From contig OZ024749.1 of NCBI GenBank assembly GCA_964016885.1, forward strand, positions 12,896,001 to 12,960,000: a DNA stretch of 64,000 bases. Direction: 5' to 3'. How positions within the stretch are numbered: position 1 is the stretch's first letter; the number at the start of each line of letters is the position of its first letter. The notes under the pieces were generated by a model. The model did no database searches. It was given only the letters and a program-made list of their open reading frames with translations, and had not been told where the DNA came from. The DNA comes from Eledone cirrhosa. Lineage: Eukaryota. Shown piece by piece: positions 53,552 through 64,000 of the stretch. The translations under genes and the position numbers were made by a program.

Positions 53552-56500
53552 AGTCCACTACACTGCTAGACATAAACCACCACCCAGTTTAACACCCCCA
53601 TCAGGTCCTCGGCTGTCTTTAATAGAATCTAGTCCACTACACTGCTAGACATAAACCACCACCCAGTTTAACACCTCCATCCGGTCCTCGGCTGTCTTTA
53701 ATAGAATCTAGTCAACTACACTGCTAGACATAAACCACCACCCAGTTTAACACCCCCATCCGGTCCTCGGCTGTCTTTAATAGAATCTAGTCCACTACAC
53801 TGCTAGACATAAACCACCACCCAGTTTAACACCCCCATCTGGTCCTCGGCTGTCTTTAATAGAATCTAGTCCACTACACTGCAAGACATAAACCACCACC
53901 CTGTATAACACCCCCATCTGGTCCTCGGCTGTCTTTAATAGAATCTAGTCCACTACACTGCTAGACATAAACAACCACCCAGTTTAACACCCCCATCAGG
54001 TCCTCGGCTGTCTTTAATAGAATCTAGTCCACTACACTGCTAGACATAAACCACCACACAGTTTAACATCACCATCCGGTCCTCGGCTGTCTTTAATAGA
54101 ATCAAGTCCACTACACTGCTAGATATAAACCACCACCCAGTTTAACACCCCCATCTGGTCCTCGGCTGTCTTTAATAGAATCTAGTCCACTACACTGCTA
54201 GACATAAACCACCACCCAGTTTAACATCACCATCCGGTCCTCGGCTGTCTTTAATAGAATCTAGTCCACTACACTGCTAGACATAAACCACCACCCAGTT
54301 TAAAACCCCCATCTGGTCCTCGGCTGTCTTTAATAGAATCTAGTCCACTACACTGCTAGACATAAACCACTACCCAGTTTAACACCCCCATCAGGTCCTT
54401 GGCTGTCTTTAATAGAATCTAGTCCACTACACTGCTAGACATAAACCACCACCCAGTTTAACACCCCCATCTGGTCCTCGGCTGTCTTTAATAGAATCTA
54501 GTCCACTACACTGCTAGACATAAACCACCACCCACTTTAACACCCCCATCTGGTCCTCGGCTGTCTTTAATAGAATCTAGTTCACTACACTGCTAGACAT
54601 AAACCACCACCCAGTTTAACACCCCCATCCGGTCCTCGGCTGTCTTTAATAGAATCTAGTCCACTACACTGCTAGACATAAACCACCACCCAGTTTAACA
54701 CCCCCATCTAGTCCTCGGCTGTCTTTAATAGAATCTAGTCCACTACACTGCTAGACATAAACCACCACCCAGTTTAACACCACCATCTGGTCCTCGGCTG
54801 TCTTTAATAGAATCTAGTCCACTACACTGCTAGACATAAACCACCACCCAGTTTAACACCCCCATCTGGTCCTCGGCTGTCTTTAATAGAATCTAGTCCA
54901 CTACGCTGCTAGACATAAACCACCACCCAGTTTAACATCACCATCCGGTCCTCGGCTGTCTTTAATAGAATCTAGTCCACTACACTGCTAGACATAAACC
55001 ACCACCCAGTTTAACACCCCCTTCTGGTCCTCGGCTGTCTTTAATAGAATCTAGTCCACCACACTGCAAGACATAAACCACCACCCAGTTTAACACCCCC
55101 ATCTGGTCCTCGGCTGTCTTTAATAGAATCTAGTCCACTACACTGCTAGACATAAACCACCACCCAGTTTAACACCCCCATCTGGTCCTCGGCTGTCTTT
55201 AATAGAATCTAGTCCACTACGCTGCTAGACATAAACCACCACCCAGTTTAACATCACCATCCGGTCCTCGGCTGTCTTTAATAGAATCTAGTCCACTACA
55301 CTGCTAGACATAAACCACCACCCAGTTTAACACCCCCTTCTGGTCCTCGGCTGTCTTTAATAGAATCTAGTCCACCACACTGCAAGACATAAACCACCAC
55401 CCTGTATAACACCCCCATCTGGTCCTCGGCTGTCTTTAATAGAATCTAGTCCACTACACTGCTAGACATAAACCACCACCCAGTTTAACACCCCCAACAT
55501 GTCCTCGGCTGTCTTTAATAGAATCTAGTCCACTACACTGCTAGACATAAACCACCACCCAGTTTAACATCACCATCCGGTCCTCGGCTGTCTTTAATAT
55601 AATCTAGTCCACTACACTGCTAGACATAAACCACCACCCAGTTTAACACCCCAATCTGGTCCTCGGCTGTCTTTAATAGAATCTAGTCCACTACACTGCT
55701 AGACATAAACCACCACCCAGTTTAACACCACCATCTGGTCCTCGGCTGTCTTTAATAGAATCTAGTCCACTACACTGCTAGACATAAACCACCACCCAGT
55801 TTAACACCCCCATCAGGTCCTCGGCTGTCTTTAATAGAATCTAGTCCACTACACTGCTAGACATAAACCACCACCCAGTTTAACACCTCCATCCGGTCCT
55901 CGGCTGTCTTTAATAGAATCTAGTCAACTACACTGCTAGACATAAACCACCACCCAGTTTAACACCCCCATCTAGTCCTCGGCTGTCTTTAATAGAATCT
56001 AGTCCACTACACTGCTAGACATAAACCACCACCCAGTTTAACACCACCATCTGGTCCTCGGCTGTCTTTAATAGAATCTAGTCCACTACACTGCTAGACA
56101 TAAACCACCACCCAGTTTAACACCCCCATCTGGTCCTCGGCTGTCTTTAATAGAATCTAGTCCACTACACTGCTAGACATAAACAACCACCCAGTTTAAC
56201 ACCCCCATCAGGTCCTCGGCTGTCTTTAATAGAATCTAGTCCACTACACTGCTAGACATAAACCACCACCCAGTTTAAAACCCCCATCTGGTCCTCGGCT
56301 GTCTTTAATAGAATCTAGTCCACTACACTGCTAGACATAAACCACTACCCAGTTTAACACCCCCATCAAGTCCTCGGCTGTCTTTAATAGAATCTAGTCC
56401 ACTACACTGCTAGACATAAACCACTACCCAGTTTAACACCCCCATCAGGTCCTTGGCTGTCTTTAATAGAATCTAGTCCACTACACTGCTAGACATAAAC

Positions 56501-59500
56501 CACCACCCAGTTTAACACCCCCATCTGGTCCTCGGCTGTCTTTAATAGAATCTAGTCCACTACACTGCTAGACATAAACCACCACCCAGTTTAACACCCC
56601 CATCTGGTCCTCGGCTGTCTTTAATAGAATCTAGTCCACTACACTGCTAGACATAAACCACCACCCAGTTTAACACCCCCATCTAGTCCTCGGCTGTCTT
56701 TAATAGAATCTAGTCCACTACACTGCTAGACATAAACCACCACCCAGTTTAACACCACCATCTGGTCCTCGGCTGTCTTTAATAGAATCTAGTTCACTAC
56801 ACTGCTAGACATAAACCACCACCCAGTTTAACACCCCCATCTGGTCCTCGGTTGTCTTTAATAGAATCTAGTCCACTACACTGCTAGACATAAACCACCA
56901 CCCAGTTTAACACCCCCATCCGGTCCTCGGCTGTCTTTAATAGAATCTAGTCAACTACACTGCTAGACATAAACCACCACCCAGTTTAACACCCCCATCC
57001 GTTCCTCGGCTGTCTTTAATAGAATCTAGTCCACTACACTGCTAGACATAAACCACCACCCAGTTTAACACCCCCTTCTGGTCCTCGGCTGTCTTTAATA
57101 GAATCTAGTCCACTACACTGCAAGACATAAACCACCGCCCTGTATAACACCCCCATCTGGTCCTCGGCTGTCTTTAATAGAATCTAGTCCACTACACTGC
57201 TAGACATAAACCACCACCCAGTTTAACACCCCCAACATGTCCTCGGCTGTCTTTAATAGAATCTAGTCCACTACACTGCTAGACATAAACCACCACCCAG
57301 TTTAACATCACCATCCGGTCCTCGGCTGTCTTTAATAGAATCTAGTCCACTACACTGCTAGACATAAACCACCACCCAGTTTAACACCCCAATCTGGTCC
57401 TCGGCTGTCTTTAATAGAATCTAGTCCACTACACTGCTAGACATAAACCACCAACCAGTTTAACATCACCATCCGGTCCTCGGCTGTCTTTAATAGAATC
57501 TAGTCCACTACACTGCTAGACATAAACCACCACCCAGTTTAAAACCCCCATCTGGTCCTCGGCTGTCTCTAATAGAATCTAGTCCACTACACTGCTAGAC
57601 ATAAACCACCACCCAGTTTAACACCCCCATCAGGTCCTCGGCTGTCTTTAATAGAATCTAGTCCACTACACTGCTAGACATAAACCACCACCCTGTTTAA
57701 CACCCCCATCTGGTCCTCGGCTGTCTTTAATAGAATCTAGTCCACTACACTGCTAGACATAAACCACCACCCAGTTTAACACCCTCATCTAGTCCTCGGC
57801 TGTCTTTAATAGAATCTAGTCCACTACACTGCTAGACATAAACCACCACCCAGTTTAACACCCCCATCTGGTCCTCGGCAGTCTTTAATAGAATCTAGTC
57901 CACTACACTGCTAGACATAAACCACCACCCAGTGTAACACCCCCATCTGGTCCTCGGCTGTCTTTAATAGAATCTAGTCCACTACACTGCTAGACATAAA
58001 CCACCACCCAGTTTAACACCCTCATCTAGTCCTCGGCTGTCTTTAATAGAATCTAGTCCACTACACTGCTAGACATAAACCACCACCCAGTTTAACACCC
58101 CCATCTGGTCCTCGGCTGTCTTTAATAGAATCTAGTCCACTACACTGCTAGACATAAACCACCACCGAGTTTAACACACCCATCCGGTCCTCGGCTGTCT
58201 TTAATAGAATCTTGTCCACTACACTGCTAGACATAAACCACCACTCAGTTTAACACCCCCATCTGGTCCTCGGCTGTCTTTAATAGAATCTAGTCCACTA
58301 CACTGCTAGAGATAAACCACCACCCAGTTTAACACCCCCATCCGGTCCTCGGCTGTCTTTAATAGAATCTAGTCCACTACACTGCTAGACATAAACCACT
58401 ACCCAGTTTAACACCCCCATCTGGTCCTCGGCTGCCTTTAATAGAATCTAGTCCACTACACTGCTAGACATAAACCACCACCCAGTTTAACACCCCCATC
58501 AGGTCCTCGGCTGTCTTTAATAGAATCTAGTCCACTACACTGCTAGACATAAACCACCACCCAGTTCAACATCACCATCCGGTCCTCGGCTGTCTTTAAT
58601 AGAATCTAGTCCACTACACTGCTAGACATAAACCACCACCCAGTTTAACACCCCCATCCGGTCCTCGGCTGTGTTTAATGGAATCTAGTCCACTACACTG
58701 CTAGACATAAACCACCACCCAGTTTAACACCCCCATCTAGTCCTCGGCTGTCTTTAATAGAATCTAGTCCACTACACTGCTAGACATAAACCACCACCCA
58801 GTTTAACACCCCCATCCGGTCCTCGCCTGTGTTTAATAGAATCTAGTCCACTACACTGCTAGACATAAACCACCACCCAGTTTAACACCCCCATCTAGTC
58901 CTCGGCTGTCTTTAATAGAATCTAGTCCACTACACTGCTAGACATAAACCACCACCCAGTTTAACATCACCATCCGGTCCTCGGCTGTCTTTAATGGAAT
59001 CTAGTCCACTACACTGCTAGACATAAAGCACCACCCAGTTTAACACCCCCATTTAGTCCTCGGCTGTCTTTAATAGAATCTAGTCCACTACACTGCTAGA
59101 CATAAACCACCACCCAGTTTAACACCCCCATCTGGTCCTCGGCTGTCTTTAATAGAATCTAGTCCACTACACTGCTAGACATAAACCACCACCCAGTTTA
59201 ACACCCCCATCTAGTCCTCGGCTGTCTTTAATAGAATGTAGTCCACTACACTGCTAGACATAAACCACCACCCAGTTTAACACCCCTATCTGGTCCTCGG
59301 CTGTCTTTAATGGAATCTAGTCCACTACACTGCTAGACATAAACGACCACCCAGTTTAACATCCCCATCTGGTCCTAGGCTGTCTTTAATGGAATCTAGT
59401 CCACTACACTGCTAGACATGAACCACCACCCATTTTAACACCCCCATCTGGTCCTCGGCTGTCTTTAATGGAATCTAGTCCACTACACTACTAGACATAA

Positions 59501-62500
59501 ACCACCACCCAGTTTAACACCCCCATCTGGTCCTCGGCTGTCTTTAATAGAATCTAGTCCACTACACTGCTAGACATAAACCACCACCCAGTTTAACACC
59601 CCCATCTGGTCCTCGGCTGTCTTTAATAGGATCTAGTCCACTACACTGCTAGACATAAACCACCACCCAGTTTAACACCCCCATCCGGTCCTCGGCTGTC
59701 TTTAATAGAATCTAGTCCACTACACTGCTAGACATAAACCACCACCCAGTTTAACAGCCCCATCTGGTCCTCGGCTGTCTTTAATAGAATCTAGTCCACT
59801 ACACTGCTAGACATAAACCACCACCCAGTTTAACACCCCAATCTGGTCCTCGGCTGTCTTTAATAGAATCTAGTCCACTACACTGCTAGACATAAACCAC
59901 CACCCAGTTTAACACCCCCATCTGGTCCTCGGCTGTCTTTAATAGAATCTAGTCCATAACACTGCTAGACATAAACCACCACCCAGTTTAACACCCCCAT
60001 CTGGTCCTCGGCTGTCTTTAATAGAATCTAGTCCACTACACTGCTAGACATAAACCACCACCCAGTTTAACACCCCAATCTGGTCCTCGGCTGTCTTTAA
60101 TAGAATCTAGTCCACTACACTGCTAGACATAAACCACCACCCAGTTTAACACCCCCATCTGGTCCTCGGCTGTCTTTAATAGAATCTAGTCCACTACACT
60201 GCTAGACATAAACCACCACCCAGTTTAACACCCCCATCAGGTCCTCGGCTGTCTTTAATAGAATCTAGTCCACTACACTGCTAGACATAAACCACCACCC
60301 AGTTTAACACCTCCATCCGGTCCTCGGCTGTCTTTAATAGAATCTAGTCAACTACACTGCTAGACATAAACCACCACCCAGTTTAACACCCCCATCCGGT
60401 CCTCGGCTGTCTTTAATAGAATCTAGTCCACTACACTGCTAGACATAAACCACCACCCAGTTTAACACCCCCATCTGGTCCTCGGCTGTCTTTAATAGAA
60501 TCTAGTCCACTACACTGCAAGACATAAACCACCACCCTGTATAACACCCCCATCTGGTCCTCGGCTGTCTTTAATAGAATCTAGTCCACTACACTGCTAG
60601 ACATAAACAACCACCCAGTTTAACACCCCCATCAGGTCCTCGGCTGTCTTTAATAGAATCTAGTCCACTACACTGCTAGACATAAACCACCACACAGTTT
60701 AACATCACCATCCGGTCCTCGGCTGTCTTTAATAGAATCAAGTCCACTACACTGCTAGATATAAACCACCACCCAGTTTAACACCCCCATCTGGTCCTCG
60801 GCTGTCTTTAATAGAATCTAGTCCACTACACTGCTAGACATAAACCACCACCCAGTTTAACATCACCATCCGGTCCTCGGCTGTCTTTAATAGAATCTAG
60901 TCCACTACACTGCTAGACATAAACCACCACCCAGTTTAAAACCCCCATCTGGTCCTCGGCTGTCTTTAATAGAATCTAGTCCACTACACTGCTAGACATA
61001 AACCACTACCCAGTTTAACACCCCCATCAGGTCCTTGGCTGTCTTTAATAGAATCTAGTCCACTACACTGCTAGACATAAACCACCACCCAGTTTAACAC
61101 CCCCATCTGGTCCTCGGCTGTCTTTAATAGAATCTAGTCCACTACACTGCTAGACATAAACCACCACCCACTTTAACACCCCCATCTGGTCCTCGGCTGT
61201 CTTTAATAGAATCTAGTTCACTACACTGCTAGACATAAACCACCACCCAGTTTAACACCCCCATCCGGTCCTCGGCTGTCTTTAATAGAATCTAGTCCAC
61301 TACACTGCTAGACATAAACCACCACCCAGTTTAACACCCCCATCTAGTCCTCGGCTGTCTTTAATAGAATCTAGTCCACTACACTGCTAGACATAAACCA
61401 CCACCCAGTTTAACACCACCATCTGGTCCTCGGCTGTCTTTAATAGAATCTAGTCCACTACACTGCTAGACATAAACCACCACCCAGTTTAACACCCCCA
61501 TCTGGTCCTCGGCTGTCTTTAATAGAATCTAGTCCACTACGCTGCTAGACATAAACCACCACCCAGTTTAACATCACCATCCGGTCCTCGGCTGTCTTTA
61601 ATAGAATCTAGTCCACTACACTGCTAGACATAAACCACCACCCAGTTTAAAACCCCCATCTGGTCCTCGGCTGTCTTTAATAGAATCTAGTCCACTACAC
61701 TGCTAGACATAAACCACTACCCAGTTTAACACCCCCATCAAGTCCTCGGCTGTCTTTAATAGAATCTAGTCCACTACACTGCTAGACATAAACCACTACC
61801 CAGTTTAACACCCCCATCAGGTCCTTGGCTGTCTTTAATAGAATCTAGTCCACTACACTGCTAGACATAAACCACCACCCAGTTTAACACCCCCATCTGG
61901 TCCTCGGCTGTCTTTAATAGAATCTAGTCCACTACACTGCTAGACATAAACCACCACCCAGTTTAACACCCCCATCTGGTCCTCGGCTGTCTTTAATAGA
62001 ATCTAGTCCACTACACTGCTAGACATAAACCACCACCCAGTTTAACACCCCCATCTAGTCCTCGGCTGTCTTTAATAGAATCTAGTCCACTACACTGCTA
62101 GACATAAACCACCACCCAGTTTAACACCACCATCTGGTCCTCGGCTGTCTTTAATAGAATCTAGTTCACTACACTGCTAGACATAAACCACCACCCAGTT
62201 TAACACCCCCATCTGGTCCTCGGCTGTCTTTAATAGAATCTAGTCCACTACACTGCTAGACATAAACCACCACCCAGTTTAACACCCCCATCCGGTCCTC
62301 GGCTGTCTTTAATAGAATCTAGTCAACTACACTGCTAGACATAAACCACCACCCAGTTTAACACCCCCATCCGTTCCTCGGCTGTCTTTAATAGAATCTA
62401 GTCCACTACACTGCTAGACATAAACCACCACCCAGTTTAACACCCCCTTCTGGTCCTCGGCTGTCTTTAATAGAATCTAGTCCACTACACTGCAAGACAT

Positions 62501-64000
62501 AAACCACCGCCCTGTATAACACCCCCATCTGGTCCTCGGCTGTCTTTAATAGAATCTAGTCCACTACACTGCTAGACATAAACCACCACCCAGTTTAACA
62601 CCCCCAACATGTCCTCGGCTGTCTTTAATAGAATCTAGTCCACTACACTGCTAGACATAAACCACCACCCAGTTTAACATCACCATCCGGTCCTCGGCTG
62701 TCTTTAATAGAATCTAGTCCACTACACTGCTAGACATAAACCACCACCCAGTTTAACACCCCAATCTGGTCCTCGGCTGTCTTTAATAGAATCTAGTCCA
62801 CTACACTGCTAGACATAAACCACCAACCAGTTTAACATCACCATCCGGTCCTCGGCTGTCTTTAATAGAATCTAGTCCACTACACTGCTAGACATAAACC
62901 ACCACCCAGTTTAAAACCCCCATCTGGTCCTCGGCTGTCTCTAATAGAATCTAGTCCACTACACTGCTAGACATAAACCACCACCCAGTTTAACACCCCC
63001 ATCAGGTCCTCGGCTGTCTTTAATAGAATCTAGTCCACTACACTGCTAGACATAAACCACCACCCTGTTTAACACCCCCATCTGGTCCTCGGCTGTCTTT
63101 AATAGAATCTAGTCCACTACACTGCTAGACATAAACCACCACCCAGTTTAACACCCTCATCTAGTCCTCGGCTGTCTTTAATAGAATCTAGTCCACTACA
63201 CTGCTAGACATAAACCACCACCCAGTTTAACACCCCCATCTGGTCCTCGGCAGTCTTTAATAGAATCTAGTCCACTACACTGCTAGACATAAACCACCAC
63301 CCAGTGTAACACCCCCATCTGGTCCTCGGCTGTCTTTAATAGAATCTAGTCCACTACACTGCTAGACATAAACCACCACCCAGTTTAACACCCTCATCTA
63401 GTCCTCGGCTGTCTTTAATAGAATCTAGTCCACTACACTGCTAGACATAAACCACCACCCAGTTTAACACCCCCATCTGGTCCTCGGCTGTCTTTAATAG
63501 AATCTAGTCCACTACACTGCTAGACATAAACCACCACCGAGTTTAACACACCCATCCGGTCCTCGGCTGTCTTTAATAGAATCTTGTCCACTACACTGCT
63601 AGACATAAACCACCACCCAGTTTAACACCCCCATCTGGTCCTCGGCTGTCTTTAATAGAATCTAGTCCACTACACTGCTAGAGATAAACCACCACCCAGT
63701 TTAACACCCCCATCCGGTCCTCGGCTGTCTTTAATAGAATCTAGTCCACTACACTGCTAGACATAAACCACTACCCAGTTTAACACCCCCATCTGGTCCT
63801 CGGCTGCCTTTAATAGAATCTAGTCCACTACACTGCTAGACATAAACCACCACCCAGTTTAACACCCCCATCAGGTCCTCGGCTGTCTTTAATAGAATCT
63901 AGTCCACTACACTGCTAGACATAAACCACCACCCAGTTCAACATCACCATCCGGTCCTCGGCTGTCTTTAATAGAATCTAGTCCACTACACTGCTAGACA
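53552..64000. repeat. Large block duplication: 53552-54973 matches 60188-61609 (offset 84 monomers) and 56238-58628 matches 61610-64000 (offset 68 monomers)
   Basis: CCACTTT 54535/61171 (6636 = 84x79). CATCAAG 56368/61740, CAACATG 57234/62606, AATCTTGT 58208/63580 and GTTCAAC 58564/63936 are offset by 5372 = 68x79. Confidence 0.9.

Larger units (their letters stand above)
1..64000. repeat. 79-bp tandem satellite array, 810 complete monomers plus a 21-bp partial, single orientation, extending past both window edges
   Basis: The monomer start AGTCCACTAC is at 1, 80 and 4741 (=1+60x79). The last start is at 63980 (=1+810x79-11). Most monomers differ from consensus by about 0-3 substitutions. 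No inversion or foreign insertion seen. Confidence 0.99.

Noticed and set aside
1-64000. CRISPR array or other repeat-spacer system
   Set aside because: There are no unique spacers. The whole 79 bp repeats with only point variants, and there is no leader or cas gene.
1-64000. Hidden insertion, inversion or transposon within the array
   Set aside because: The phase checked every 60 monomers is fully explained by 11 single-base deletions, and no foreign or reverse-oriented sequence was seen.
1-64000. Rolling-circle, PCR concatemer or purely synthetic artefact
   Set aside because: Variants are inherited in ordered nested blocks with private differences and regional domains, which error-prone copying of one template would not give. 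Individual near-identical blocks could still be assembly duplications.
1-64000. Variant order as an information-bearing code or diversity-generating cassette system
   Set aside because: The patterns are adequately explained by tandem duplication and conversion. There is no recombinase, reverse transcriptase, expression site or ORF in the window to read such a code.
1-64000. A single regular array-wide higher-order repeat
   Set aside because: Periods differ by region (6, 29, 39, 40, 42, 68/84 and others) and each occurs in only about 2-3 copies.

Overview
The whole 64,000-bp window is one uninterrupted head-to-tail satellite array with a 79-bp monomer (consensus AGTCCACTACACTGCTAGACATAAACCACCACCCAGTTTAACACCCCCATCTGGTCCTCGGCTGTCTTTAATAGAATCT; 22 A, 27 C, 10 G, 20 T; about 47% GC). 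Tracking the phase gives 810 complete monomers plus 21 bp, all in one orientation, with a net loss of 11 bp that I can account for as 11 single-base deletions. Both window ends fall inside the array. I found no gene, RNA gene, transposon insertion, CRISPR spacer or unique sequence, and I do not recognise the family or organism. It looks like eukaryotic heterochromatic satellite DNA, possibly centromeric or subtelomeric (inference). The only information beyond the monomer is the variant pattern: nested block duplications of 3 to 84 monomers (several near 3.1-3.3 kb), regional variant domains, a local 158-bp dimer and 474-bp hexamer periodicity, a recurring diverged cassette, and an apparent C>A substitution bias. 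I cannot support a new protein-coding or defence system here. Block boundaries were read by eye and are good to about 1-2 monomers.
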